Assembly (NCBI GenBank): GCA_046758505.1
Contig: JBHIAH010000001.1
Coordinates: forward strand, 32,001 to 96,000
Source: Candidatus Methylomirabilales bacterium
GTDB lineage: Bacteria; Methylomirabilota; Methylomirabilia; Methylomirabilales; CSP1-5
Length of the DNA stretch: 64,000 bases
Direction of reading: 5' to 3'
The translations under genes and the position numbers were made by a program. Numbering within the stretch: position 1 is the first letter of the stretch; each line of letters starts with the position of its first letter. The notes below the pieces were generated by a model. It was not told where the DNA came from. It did no database searches and saw only the letters and a program-made list of their open reading frames with translations. Shown piece after piece: positions 28,400-38,365 of the stretch.

Positions 28400-29332
28400 A
28401 TGAATCTCCACAGGTTCGGGATTTTGTTCCTCATTCTTGTCCTGTGGCCTTGTGCGAAGGCCGCGGCGGGGCAGGCGGTGGGGCACTGCCGGCCGCCCCC
28501 GGCGGACGTGGCGTTCCCATCAGACTTCCCGGTCTTACGGGACCAGGAATGGGGATACCGGCTCGGCGGATGGGGGGGCCTCGCCAGGGGACATCCCCTA
28601 CACCACCACCCGGTCATCTTTGTCCACGGCAACACGCGTGATGCCGGCGATTGGGATGAGCCGGGGCGGAGCGTGAAGAAACGCTTCCTGGACGCGGGCT
28701 ATTCGCTGCAGGAGCTCTGGGCCCTTTCGTACAACGGCAAGGCAACCAAGGAGAACCCGCCCGCCTTCCGGTGTCGGACAGACAACCAAACCAACATCCC
28801 CGATCTGGCCGCGTTCGTGAAGGCGGTCCTAGCCTATACCGGCGCGGCAAAGGTGGACCTGATCGCCCACTCCCTGGGTGTCACCATCGCCCGGGGCATG
28901 CTATCGACCCATCCCGAGCTGTCTCAGGTCATCGAGGAATTTGTGGCCATCGCCGGTCCGAACCATGGGACGACTCTCTGCCGCCGTCTCTGGTTGATCT
29001 GGGTTGTCGGGTGGAACGATTTCATGGGATGCAACGAGTTGGCACCCGGTTCGGCCTGGCTCCGGAGTTTGAACGGTTCTCACGGTGAAAGGGAAGCACC
29101 TGCCCCGACGCGATACCTGACCATTTATGATGGGACAGGGAGCGACTTCTTCTACCTCTCCTGGTTGTTTCTGTTACCCGTGGGGGACCAGGACAGTCCC
29201 GCCCTGAAGGGGGCAGAGAACGTGAAGATGCCGGGACTGACCCACGACGAGCTGAGGACAGACGATCAGGCCGTCGCCACCTACCTCCGTTTTGTTCGGC
29301 AGGAAGAACCCCTCCACAGGGGTGATCGCTAA
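28400..29332 (+). CDS. Secreted lipase/esterase (lipase class 2-like alpha/beta hydrolase)
   Basis: Signal peptide, PVIFVHGN, VDLIAHSLG nucleophile elbow, IAGPNHG. Confidence 0.85.
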   Translation: MNLHRFGILFLILVLWPCAKAAAGQAVGHCRPPPADVAFPSDFPVLRDQEWGYRLGGWGGLARGHPLHHHPVIFVHGNTRDAGDWDEPGRSVKKRFLDAGYSLQELWALSYNGKATKENPPAFRCRTDNQTNIPDLAAFVKAVLAYTGAAKVDLIAHSLGVTIARGMLSTHPELSQVIEEFVAIAGPNHGTTLCRRLWLIWVVGWNDFMGCNELAPGSAWLRSLNGSHGEREAPAPTRYLTIYDGTGSDFFYLSWLFLLPVGDQDSPALKGAENVKMPGLTHDELRTDDQAVATYLRFVRQEEPLHRGDR

Positions 29333-29449
29333 AATCGCTTTGGGATCAGACAGCTATGATCTATAGTTGAGCATCACCCCCGCGGTGGGGAATCGGCGAG
29401 GTGTTCGACGGAGACGGCGAGGAGCCGATTGGCCGCCTGTCGCCCGTGC

Positions 29450-29464
29450 TGGCATAGCACCTGC
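29450..29464 (+). promoter_or_regulatory. Putative sigma-54 promoter
   Basis: TGGCATAGCACCTGC (GG-N10-GC), 30 nt upstream of the response regulator ATG. Confidence 0.55.
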
Positions 29465-29493
29465 AAAATCCAGGACGAGCTATAGGGGGAGCT

Positions 29494-30234
29494 ATGCGGA
29501 ATCGCCCAATCTTGGTCGTTGACGACGATCCCCGGTCCTGCGAGCTGGTGGCTGCCATCCTCACGAACGCAGACTTCGATGTCCTCTCGGCCGCCGACGG
29601 CCCGGCAGCAATCGAACTGGCCCGCACCGCGTACCCTGCCGTCATCATCCTGGACATGATGATGCCCGAGATGGACGGCATCAGCACATTGCAGCGCCTG
29701 AAACGGGATCCCGCCCTCAAAGATATTCCCGTGATCGGCGTCACCGCCTCAATGGACTTGACGTACACCGAGAGGGCTTTTCGGGCGGGAGCCCAGTTCT
29801 TTCTCCCGAAGCCTTTTCGTGCGACGAGCCTGCTCCGCGTGGTGGAGTTGGCCGCCGACTCGGCTCACCGCGACACCCCGATGCATCGCCGCCGCCGCCA
29901 TCCCCGTCACCCGGCGGAGGTCCCCGTCTGCTGCTTTGTCCACGGGGACAAAGACACGACCTGGGAAGTCATGGGGAAGACAGGCAACGTAAGTCTCGGC
30001 GGCATGCTGCTCTTGCTGCCCCAAACATTGGTACCCGGGACCGCCCTTCAACTCGGGCTGGGGCTTCCCGAAGGCCCCATTACTGCCAAGGGCTCAATAA
30101 TGTGGCAGCACCCCGAACCCATGAGCGAGGGGAATTTTCATCACGGGGTCCGGCTTCTCGGCTTTATGGAAGACGCCGGCCTCTTACGGTACCGACGCTA
30201 CCTCAGCAAGATAGGTACGGCGGCTACTTCGTAA
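29494..30234 (+). CDS. Response regulator receiver-PilZ domain protein
   Basis: ILVVDDD, LDMMMPEMDG, FLPKPF; PilZ motifs RRHPR and NVSLGG. Confidence 0.9.
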   Translation: MRNRPILVVDDDPRSCELVAAILTNADFDVLSAADGPAAIELARTAYPAVIILDMMMPEMDGISTLQRLKRDPALKDIPVIGVTASMDLTYTERAFRAGAQFFLPKPFRATSLLRVVELAADSAHRDTPMHRRRRHPRHPAEVPVCCFVHGDKDTTWEVMGKTGNVSLGGMLLLLPQTLVPGTALQLGLGLPEGPITAKGSIMWQHPEPMSEGNFHHGVRLLGFMEDAGLLRYRRYLSKIGTAATS

Positions 30235-30407
30235 ATGTGCCGCCAGCCTCCCAGCCGCATCCCCTCCCCCTCCGGCCACCGCGAAAGTCTCATCCCACCA
30301 GAAGGCCCCTCCGGGCGAGACACTTCAATGCTTGCGGATCAGGACTGACCAAATTGTGACGGGGATGAACGTAAGGGGAACCGTGTGAACCCCGCAGGGG
30401 AAAATAG

Positions 30408-31409
30408 CTAGGGGATGGTGAGGGCAACCTTGCAGGCGGTGGGATCCTTGACGGCGGCCTCGAAGGCGTGGGAGACCTGGTCCAGCGGAAAGCGGTGGGT
30501 GATGAGCGGCTCAACGCGGACCATCCCCTGGGCGACCGGCACCAGCGAGCGCTGCAGCCACCAGCGCCGGTCCGGCCCCACCCGGTGCATCAGGGCGAGC
30601 GTCCGGATATCGAACCCATCGTCGTGCCAGCGCGAGACATTTAGTCGGACGGGATCCACGATCCACGAATAAATACCCAGGATTCCCCCGCTCCGGAGAA
30701 TGGCGCTCGCCGTGTTCACCGCCTGTTCGCTCCCCGCCGCCTCGATCACAACATCCACACCCCGCTTGTCCGTCCACCGCATGATCTGCTCAACCGGGTC
30801 CTCCTCGCCCGAGTGGATGCACCGGTCCGCCCCGAGCGATTCGGCCAATGCGAGCTTCTCCGGGACGACGTCGACGGCGATCACCCGGTGGGCCCCCTTG
30901 CCCTTGGCCACCTGGGCGATCACCTGCCCGGCGAACCCCATCCCGACAACGGCGACCCAATCGCCCAGCTCGACCCCAGACTGAAGCCCGGCATACATGG
31001 CGCAGGAAAGCGGCTCGCCGAGGGCGCCAACCTCGGGGGAGATCCCGTCGGGAATCTTGAGGACCCCTGCGTCGGGCGCCACCCAGTAGTCGCCCATCAC
31101 ATTATGCCAGCCGAGGACCATCACCCAGTCGCCGGGGGCGAATTCCCTCACCTCTCCCCCGACCTCAATCACCTCGCCGCCCCCCTCGTGACCGAGGGGC
31201 AACGGAAAGCCCGTGTGCCGCTCGGCAAATCCCTTGCCTTTGGCGACCGGGTTCGGGGGTGGTCGCTGGCCCTGAAAGAACATCTTGTCGGTCCCACAGA
31301 TCGAAGCCTGAAATCCCCTGACCAGGACATCGCGGGGGCCGACGCTGATCTCACGCTCCCGGAGCTCTACGCGACCCGGCTCGATCAGATACACGCTGCG
31401 GATCTTCAT
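30408..31409 (-). CDS. Zinc-binding (MDR) alcohol/polyol dehydrogenase
   Basis: ICGTD, LGHEGGG, EPLSC, GMGFAG, LITHRFPL; no structural-zinc Cys cluster. Confidence 0.88.
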   Translation of the reverse strand: MKIRSVYLIEPGRVELREREISVGPRDVLVRGFQASICGTDKMFFQGQRPPPNPVAKGKGFAERHTGFPLPLGHEGGGEVIEVGGEVREFAPGDWVMVLGWHNVMGDYWVAPDAGVLKIPDGISPEVGALGEPLSCAMYAGLQSGVELGDWVAVVGMGFAGQVIAQVAKGKGAHRVIAVDVVPEKLALAESLGADRCIHSGEEDPVEQIMRWTDKRGVDVVIEAAGSEQAVNTASAILRSGGILGIYSWIVDPVRLNVSRWHDDGFDIRTLALMHRVGPDRRWWLQRSLVPVAQGMVRVEPLITHRFPLDQVSHAFEAAVKDPTACKVALTIP

Positions 31410-31416
31410 CGCGCCC

Positions 31417-32355
31417 TTACTTCTTGACCAGCTTTTTCGCCTCGGCGACGATATTCTCTTTCGACAGGCCGAACTTCTGATAGAGGGCTGCCGGGTCTCC
31501 CGACTCTCCGAAATCCCGAACGGCGATCCGCCGGACGATCCCTTCGCCTCGCTCGGCCACCACCTCGCAGACCGCGCCTCCCAGTCCTCCCCTGAGGCCG
31601 TGATCCTCGACGGTCAGGATCCGCCCCGAGCGCTGGATGCAATCGCGAATCAGCTCCTCGTCGATGGGTTTGAGGGTGTGGATGTTGACGGCCCGCACAT
31701 CGAGGCCCTGCCCTCTCAACTCCCGCGCAGCCTCACGGGCGTTATAGACGGTGCCGCCCGTGGCCATGATCGTGAGGTCCCGCCCCTCCCCTTCGCCGGC
31801 ATCCAGGATCACGCCCTTCCCGAACTCGAACCGATAGTCGGGGGGATTGACGTCCTCCACCTTTTGGCGGGTAAGACGGAGAAACACCGGACCTTGGTGC
31901 TCTGTGATGTACTCCACCACCCCTTCGGTCTCGACGGCGTCACCGGGTTGGATGACCGTCATATTGGGAAGAGAGCGCATGAGGGCGATGTCCTCAAGCG
32001 CCATCTGGCTATACCCGTCCTCCCCGATCCCGATCCCCGCGTGAGTCCCCACGATCTTTACGTTGGCGTGGTTGTACGCGAGCGAGACCCGGATCGTCTC
32101 GAAACGTCCCGCTACAAAACTGGCAAACGTGCAGAGAAAGGGGATCCACCCCTCGAGGGCCAGGCCGGTCCCGATCCCGATCATGTTGGCCTCGGCCACC
32201 CCGACGTTGAAGGATCGGTCAGGATATTTTTCCACGAACTTTACCGTGTTGGTCGACTTGGCCAGGTCGGCATTGATGACGACGACCCGATCGTTCTTAG
32301 CCGCGACCTTGAGCAAGGCCTCGCCGAAGGCAACCCGTGTGGCCTTTCCCCCCAT
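31417..32355 (-). CDS. Transketolase C-terminal subunit
   Basis: ATRVAFG, NADLAKST, GVAEANM, GEDGYSQ, TLKPID, EDH...GGLG. Confidence 0.93.
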   Translation of the reverse strand: MGGKATRVAFGEALLKVAAKNDRVVVINADLAKSTNTVKFVEKYPDRSFNVGVAEANMIGIGTGLALEGWIPFLCTFASFVAGRFETIRVSLAYNHANVKIVGTHAGIGIGEDGYSQMALEDIALMRSLPNMTVIQPGDAVETEGVVEYITEHQGPVFLRLTRQKVEDVNPPDYRFEFGKGVILDAGEGEGRDLTIMATGGTVYNAREAARELRGQGLDVRAVNIHTLKPIDEELIRDCIQRSGRILTVEDHGLRGGLGGAVCEVVAERGEGIVRRIAVRDFGESGDPAALYQKFGLSKENIVAEAKKLVKK

Positions 32356-32417
32356 TGTCCACTCCTCGTAGACCGATGACCGGTGTCCGACGACCGGCGA
32401 CAGTGTAACCGGATCAC

Positions 32418-32630
32418 GGTTCATAGTTCATGGTTCACGGCAAAAGCCGGATCCTGAATTTCCGAACCATGAACCGTTAACCATGAAACATGGGCTATTC
32501 CCTATCAGCCGTGAACCCTCTAGCGTAAACTATGAACCGACTAGCCGTAACCTAGGTCCAATACCCAACACCTAATACCCGATACGCAATACCCTGATTG
32601 CGGACGGCTGATTACTGACCGCTGATTGCG
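32418..32630. repeat. Degenerate heptamer tandem arrays between the transketolase genes
   Basis: GGTTCAT-type units and their complement ATGAACC, AATACCC-type units, CTGATTG/CTGACCG-type units. Confidence 0.75.
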
Positions 32631-32638
32631 ACTCCCCC

Positions 32639-33487
32639 TCAGAGGGGTGCGGCTAAGATTTCCTGAATGGCGCGCTCGCCCTGTTCCCGATTGGGTGCTT
32701 TGCCGTGCCAGTCAGGATTGTTCTCCATGAAGGATACGCCCTTCCCCTTGACCGTGTCGGCGATGATGACGGTCGGCCTGCCCGTGACCGCTTCGGCTTG
32801 CTCGAGTGCTTCCAGGACCGCGCGGATGTCGTGCCCATCGATATGGATGACATGCCAGCCGAAGGCCTCCCACTTGGCCCGGAAAGGTTCAAGGGCCAGG
32901 GTCCGCTCGACAAAGTCGTCATTCTGGATCCCGTTCCGATCCACGACGGCGCATAGGTGGTCCAGTTCGTACTTCGGGGCGAGCATCGCCGCTTCCCAGA
33001 CCTGGCCGGCCTGGCACTCTCCGTCCCCGAGCAATGCGTAGACCCGGTACGTCTTCCGGGCCAATCGCCCCGCCAGCGCCATCCCAATGGCGATGGAGAG
33101 GCCCTGGCCCAGGGAGCCGGCGGCCGCCTCGACACCCGGGAGCCGCGCACCGGGCTCCCCCGGATACGGATGGCCCTGTAGGCGACTCCCCAGCTTCCGC
33201 AAGGTCAGGAGCTCCGCCGCCGGAAAGTACCCCGCCTTGGCCAATCCGGCGTACAGGACCGGGCAGCAATGGCCCTTGGAGAGGACAAAACGGTCCCGGT
33301 CGAGCCAGAAGGGATTATCGGCGCGGTGGCGCATCTTGTGGAAGAGGAGGGCGGTGACGATCTCGGTGGCGGAAAGGGACCCACCCGGATGCCCCGATCC
33401 GGCCTCGGTGAGCATCCGGATGATGTCGACCCGGATCTCTTGGGCGATCTTTTTCAGGTGCTGGATTTCGACGGTTGCCTGGGGCAT
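32639..33487 (-). CDS. Transketolase N-terminal subunit
   Basis: SGHPGGSLS, DRFVLSKGH, LQGHP, GSLGQG, GDGE. Confidence 0.95.
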   Translation of the reverse strand: MPQATVEIQHLKKIAQEIRVDIIRMLTEAGSGHPGGSLSATEIVTALLFHKMRHRADNPFWLDRDRFVLSKGHCCPVLYAGLAKAGYFPAAELLTLRKLGSRLQGHPYPGEPGARLPGVEAAAGSLGQGLSIAIGMALAGRLARKTYRVYALLGDGECQAGQVWEAAMLAPKYELDHLCAVVDRNGIQNDDFVERTLALEPFRAKWEAFGWHVIHIDGHDIRAVLEALEQAEAVTGRPTVIIADTVKGKGVSFMENNPDWHGKAPNREQGERAIQEILAAPL

Positions 33488-33694
33488 GAGACCTCCGGAA
33501 AATCCGCTCCATTGTCTCCACGCGGGTGAGAGCTGTCAACAAAAATGAGAAGGAGGACCGCCCCAAGAGTGCCCGTCAGGCCAACGGCTGGGAACACGTT
33601 GCGAAGGGAATCGGGGACCGGGGGCGTACTTCCACCTCTTGCGAGGACTTGTACGATCTGGTACCCTAGATTCAAGAGCGAACGAGGAGGAACA

Positions 33695-34228
33695 ATGGCT
33701 ATCCTGAAAATTGCCCAAATGGGGAATCCGGTGCTCCGCCGCCGGGCCGAGCCGGTGCCGGTCCAGTCGATCAAGTCGCCGATTCTGCAGAAATTCATCG
33801 AGGACATGATCGAGACCATGCGCGAGTATAACGGCATCGGGTTGGCCGCGCCCCAGGTCCACGAATCGCTCCAGGTTCTGGTCATCGAGGCCCAGGAGAA
33901 CCCTCGCTATCCCCAGGCACCCAATATTCCCCTCACGATCCTCATCAATCCACGGGTGGAGCCTGTAAGCGACGAGGTGGAAGAGGACTGGGAAGGGTGC
34001 CTCAGCATCCCGGACATCCGTGGAAAGGTCCCCCGGCATCGCGAGGTGCGGGTCCGGGCCTACGATCGGGGGGGCAAAGAGCTCGACTTTTCTACCAAGG
34101 ATTTTTTCGCCCGGGTGATCCAGCATGAACACGATCACCTGCAGGGCATTCTCTTCCCGGACCGCATGCCGAAGCTCGATACGCTAACATTCATGCCCGA
34201 GTACCACCGGTACTGGGCAAACGAGTAA
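33695..34228 (+). CDS. def: Peptide deformylase
   Basis: GIGLAAPQV, EGCLS, QHEHDHLQG; RBS GAGGAGG. Confidence 0.97.
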   Translation: MAILKIAQMGNPVLRRRAEPVPVQSIKSPILQKFIEDMIETMREYNGIGLAAPQVHESLQVLVIEAQENPRYPQAPNIPLTILINPRVEPVSDEVEEDWEGCLSIPDIRGKVPRHREVRVRAYDRGGKELDFSTKDFFARVIQHEHDHLQGILFPDRMPKLDTLTFMPEYHRYWANE

Positions 34229-34248
34229 CGGCGAAAAGGGAGCCTCCC

Positions 34249-34626
34249 GTGGGACAGGACGGCAAGACGATCCTGGCCTTCATTCCAGATCTCTTTTTTT
34301 CCACCAGGATTCGGGATACGGCAACACATCTGGGGCATCGGGCAACGCTCTCCCGCACGACGGATGATCTTATCCAGAAGGCGCAGGAGCTCTCTCCGGC
34401 CCTCCTGATTGTGGACCTGACCGCCGAGGGGATAAGCCTCGAAGGGCCACTGATGCATCTGCGAGCTGCAGCCGAGACCGTCCCCGTCCTCGCCTTCACC
34501 ACGCATGCCGCCTGGAAGCAGACGGCACCCCTGCACGGTCTCTGCAGCCAGGTGGTGACCAAAGAAGCCCTCGCCCGCGACCTTCCCGCGCTCCTGGGGA
34601 AGTACCTCGGCGGAGCGACCCCCTAA
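34249..34626 (+). CDS. Atypical stand-alone receiver-like protein
   Basis: DLFFSTRI..., LLIVDL, PVLAFTTH. Confidence 0.7.
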   Translation: MGQDGKTILAFIPDLFFSTRIRDTATHLGHRATLSRTTDDLIQKAQELSPALLIVDLTAEGISLEGPLMHLRAAAETVPVLAFTTHAAWKQTAPLHGLCSQVVTKEALARDLPALLGKYLGGATP

Positions 34627-34641
34627 TCGGGGTAAGAAAGC

Positions 34642-35724
34642 ATGACACACCGAAGCCGCCTCTATGACCTCCATCAATCCCTCGGGGCCGCCTTTCGAGA
34701 CCAGGGCGGATGGGCGCTTCCCGATCGCTACCAGGACCCGGTCCAGGAACACCGCGCGGTTCGTGAAGCGGTGGGCGTGCTCGACCTTTCCTTCCGGACC
34801 CTGTATCGCGTCACCGGCGCCGACCGCACCCGGTTCCTGAACGGAATGCTCACCAATGACCTCAGCAAGCTCGAGGAGGGCCAGGGCTGCTACGCCTGCA
34901 TCCTGACCCCTCAGGGCAAGATCGTGGCTGACCTCGAGGTGTACGCCCTGCGCGACTGCCACCTTTTGGAGTTGGATGCTCGGTGGAAGGAGGGGGCGCT
35001 GGATCACCTGAACAAATATGTCATTGCCGACGACGTCACCTTCGAGGAGCTGGACCATTACACCCTGCTGGCCGTGCAAGGACCGGGGGCACCGATCCTC
35101 CTGGGACGCGTCCTGCCCGGCGCCAGCCTGCCGGGCGAGGAACAACGATGTGTCGAGGTGACCCTCGACAATCACGTCTGCCGGGTGATCCGGGCCTCGA
35201 TCACAGGAGAGGACGGATACAAGCTCGCAACTCCCCAAGACAGGGCCGAAGTCGTGTGGCAGACTTTTCAAGAGGGGGGCGCCACCCCGGCGGGGATGGC
35301 CGCGCTGAACAGCCTTCGGCTGGAGGCCGGCATTCCTTGGTTCGGCGTGGATTTTAACGAAGGAAACTTTCCCCAAGAGGCGGGGATTGAAGACAAGGCG
35401 GTCAGCTTCACCAAGGGATGCTACATTGGGCAGGAGTTCGTCATCCGGATCGCCCACCGGGGGCATGTCAACCGGCGGACCTCGGGGCTGACCATCGGGC
35501 ATGAACCGATCCCCCGCCCGGGGGACCGGGTCCTGCACGGGGACAAAGAGGTGGGGCACATTACCAGCGCCGCCCTCTCCCCCACCCTCGGAACGATTGT
35601 TGCCTTGGGGATGCTGCGGCGTGAGTCCCAGGAGCCGGGGACGGTCGTTCACGTCGAGAGCCAGGGAGAGCGTCGCCCCGCCGAAGTCACCCCCCTCCCC
35701 TTCTACCGCCGCCACGCCGGGTGA
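34642..35724 (+). CDS. GcvT/YgfZ-like aminomethyltransferase family folate-binding protein
   Basis: VTGADRTRFLNGMLTND, LTPQGK, VQGP, RLEAGIP, KGCYIGQE (YgfZ signature). Confidence 0.9.
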   Translation: MTHRSRLYDLHQSLGAAFRDQGGWALPDRYQDPVQEHRAVREAVGVLDLSFRTLYRVTGADRTRFLNGMLTNDLSKLEEGQGCYACILTPQGKIVADLEVYALRDCHLLELDARWKEGALDHLNKYVIADDVTFEELDHYTLLAVQGPGAPILLGRVLPGASLPGEEQRCVEVTLDNHVCRVIRASITGEDGYKLATPQDRAEVVWQTFQEGGATPAGMAALNSLRLEAGIPWFGVDFNEGNFPQEAGIEDKAVSFTKGCYIGQEFVIRIAHRGHVNRRTSGLTIGHEPIPRPGDRVLHGDKEVGHITSAALSPTLGTIVALGMLRRESQEPGTVVHVESQGERRPAEVTPLPFYRRHAG

Positions 35725-35853
35725 CGGAGGGAGATGACCGCCGACCGCTGATTGTTTTCTTGCGGGGTGGTGTGGCACTCACGGCAGAGTCCAAAAGCAA
35801 CGAACGTCGGCCCGCCGGAAGTATCATCTGGACACAGGAGGGTAAAGATCACG

Positions 35854-36171
35854 ATGCTCTACTACATGGTTGAATTTGATCCCCGGCCCGGCGTCAACCG
35901 GACGCAGGTCACCCAGGCCTACCGGAAATTCGTCCATCACTTTCAGGGGACTTTCCCCACGATCAAGTTCATCGGCTTTTTTGCCCGGGATATTCTCCTC
36001 GGTTCACGTCCCCAGTATTTTGCCCTGTGGGAGGTCCCGAATTACGCCACCCTCGACGCCTGGAAGCGGGCTTTCTCTGCCGACAAGGAGGGTCGGAATG
36101 TCAGCAATGAGCTCAACGAGCTCGGCATGAACTGGGATGCCAAGATGGTGTCCAAAATCAACTTGGAATAA
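35854..36171 (+). CDS. Hypothetical protein (dimeric alpha-beta barrel-like)
   Basis: RBS AGGAGG; YFALWEVPNYATLDAW. Confidence 0.65.
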   Translation: MLYYMVEFDPRPGVNRTQVTQAYRKFVHHFQGTFPTIKFIGFFARDILLGSRPQYFALWEVPNYATLDAWKRAFSADKEGRNVSNELNELGMNWDAKMVSKINLE

Positions 36172-36318
36172 GCCGTCAGCGGTCCGCTGTCAGCAGTCAG
36201 CAGAACACGTGCTAACAACTGCCAGCCGTGAGCGTCTAAGAGTTGAAGGCTGATTGCTGGCAGCTGAATGCTGATGGCTCAGGAGCGGCGTTTGCCGACG
36301 GCCGACTGCTGACAGCCA
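36172..36318. repeat. Heptamer arrays (GTCAGCN / GCTGAYN) in inverted orientation
   Basis: gccgtcagc..gctgtcagcagtcagcag, then gctgattgctgg..gctgaatgctgatggct..gccgactgctgacagc. Confidence 0.65.
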
Positions 36319-36333
36319 AGTGAGAGGTGACTC

Positions 36334-37314
36334 ATGAATTATCTCCGGAAATCAGACTGGGCGATTCCGGAACGAGATGCAACGCCCGAGTCGCTTTTCT
36401 TTAGCCGCCGGCGCTTCCTGATGGGTACGTTCGGGGTGCTGGCAGGCGGCATCGGAGGAGGAAACGCGCTTGCTGCCGCCGCCGAAAAGACGTCCAAGGC
36501 GCCAAAGGACCGAACCCTTGGCCTGTACCCCGCGGCGAGGAATCCGCGTTTCACGCTGGATCGACCGCTGACGGAAAAATCCGTTGCCGCCACCTACAAC
36601 AACTATTATGAGTTCGGAAGTGGCAAGACGGTCCACGTGCTTTGCCAGCGCCTGAGGACGCGACCCTGGCAGGTGCGCGTCACAGGCCTCGTTCGAAAGC
36701 CCCGCGTGTTCGACATCGACGCCCTGATCCGCTCCATGCCGCTTGAGGAGCGCCTCTACCGCTTCCGATGCGTCGAGGCGTGGGCGATGGCGGTCCCCTG
36801 GACCGGCTTCCCGTTCTCGGCCCTCATGAAGGTCGTCGAACCCACGAGCGAAGCGCGGTTCGTGAAGCTCACGACGTTCCTCGACCGCTCGGTGGCGTAC
36901 GGCCAGCTCCGGTTCTGGTATCCATGGCCGTACGTGGAAGGATTGACCATGGAAGAGGCGATGAACGAACTTGCCATCCTGGCCACCGGCATTTACGGGA
37001 AGCCGTTGCCCAAGCAGCACGGGGCGCCCCTGCGCCTGGTGGTCCCTTGGAAGTACGGCTTCAAGAACATCAAGTCCATCGTTGCGATCGAGTTTGTCAA
37101 GGAGCGTCCGAAGAGTTTTTGGGAAATTCTGGGTCCCGACGAGTACGGTTTCTGGGCCAACGTGAACCCCGAGTTCCCCCACCCGCGGTGGTCCCAGGCG
37201 ACCGAGCGTATGATCGGCACGGATGAGCGGCGCCCCACCCAGATCTTCAACGGGTACGGCAAGTGGGTCGCGTCCCTGTACCCGAACGTCACCGACCGCC
37301 GCTATTTTATGTAA
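36334..37314 (+). CDS. msrP: Protein-methionine-sulfoxide reductase catalytic subunit
   Basis: Tat SRRRFL, YNNYYEFG, YRFRCVEAWAM, HGAPLRLVVPWKYGFK, YGFWANVNP.HPRWSQATER. Confidence 0.96.
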   Translation: MNYLRKSDWAIPERDATPESLFFSRRRFLMGTFGVLAGGIGGGNALAAAAEKTSKAPKDRTLGLYPAARNPRFTLDRPLTEKSVAATYNNYYEFGSGKTVHVLCQRLRTRPWQVRVTGLVRKPRVFDIDALIRSMPLEERLYRFRCVEAWAMAVPWTGFPFSALMKVVEPTSEARFVKLTTFLDRSVAYGQLRFWYPWPYVEGLTMEEAMNELAILATGIYGKPLPKQHGAPLRLVVPWKYGFKNIKSIVAIEFVKERPKSFWEILGPDEYGFWANVNPEFPHPRWSQATERMIGTDERRPTQIFNGYGKWVASLYPNVTDRRYFM

Positions 37315-37321
37315 ACCCGCC

Positions 37322-37350
37322 GCAGTCAGCCGTCAGCTATCAGCCATCAG
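37322..37350. repeat. Heptamer array after msrP
   Basis: gcagtca-gccgtca-gctatca-gccatca. Confidence 0.65.
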
Positions 37351-37679
37351 CACAACCGTGATAGCCGCCAGCGGTCACCCATCGGCAGGGCCGGGGCGAG
37401 TCGGCCCTCGCTTCGCCTGATGAGGCTGGACGGGCTCTTCGGCTGTTGGCGCCGGTGCTGAACTGGAACATGAGTCAAGCGGAGACTTGACCCCTTTGCG
37501 TGACCCCTTTGCGCCCCCTTTGCGATGATGCGGTAGCCCGGTCGCAAACACGCCGCGACGACCCACCATGCGCCACTGGTTAGAAATCGTAATGTAAAAT
37601 TCTTACGATATCAAAGTCTGGCCGCGAATTTCCCACCCAGTTTGGCCCCCACCGGGGGCATGGGAGACGAAGGAGTGGG

Positions 37680-38318
37680 TCATCGCGCTCCCTTCCGCGC
37701 GGCCGGTTCTGCCAGCAGAGCCTCGATGAGCGCCCGGACCTGGGCGGTGCTCCAATCTCGGGGTCCAATGGCCAGAGCGACAGCCCGTCCGTCCCGGCCG
37801 ATCAGGAAGGTGGTCGGCAGGCCGATAACTCCGTACGACACCTGGATCGCTCCGCTCGGGTCCAAGACAAGAGGAAAGGTCAGGCCCAGTTCCCTGGCAT
37901 ACTGCTGGATGGCCCGTCTCCCCTCGCGGACGTTAATCCCCAGGACCGTGAAGCCCTGCACTGCGAGCTCACGGTGCAGTTGCTCGAACATCGGCATCTC
38001 GGGCCGGCACTCCTGGCACCAGGTGGCCCAGAAGGTCAGGAGGACGACTCTCCCCTGCAGCCCAGCCAGCGAAACCGTCTCGCCTTCCGCAGTGCGGCCA
38101 CCGAAGTCAGGAGGTTTCGTGCCGGGAGGATAGCCGGATAGGTTGAGGGTCCCCAGCAGGTCCGTTGCAGCCGGCTGGCCTACCGCCGGAGTGCTGAGAA
38201 TGGCCACAAGGGCAACGAGCACCCACGCCAGCACATGTCTCCCAGGCGGCACCGGCAGATACCGCTCCCTTCTTTCCGTCACCGGCTCGCCGAGCTGCCA
38301 CATCGCCAGATCGCGCAT
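37680..38318 (-). CDS. TlpA/ResA-family thiol:disulfide oxidoreductase; start uncertain
   Basis: TM anchor, FWATWCQECRPEMP, YGVIGLPTTFLI. Confidence 0.9.
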   Translation of the reverse strand: MRDLAMWQLGEPVTERRERYLPVPPGRHVLAWVLVALVAILSTPAVGQPAATDLLGTLNLSGYPPGTKPPDFGGRTAEGETVSLAGLQGRVVLLTFWATWCQECRPEMPMFEQLHRELAVQGFTVLGINVREGRRAIQQYARELGLTFPLVLDPSGAIQVSYGVIGLPTTFLIGRDGRAVALAIGPRDWSTAQVRALIEALLAEPAARKGAR

Positions 38319-38365
38319 GACCCTGCCCATCCCCTTCGCCTCGGCGTTCCGGTCGCAAGCACCCC

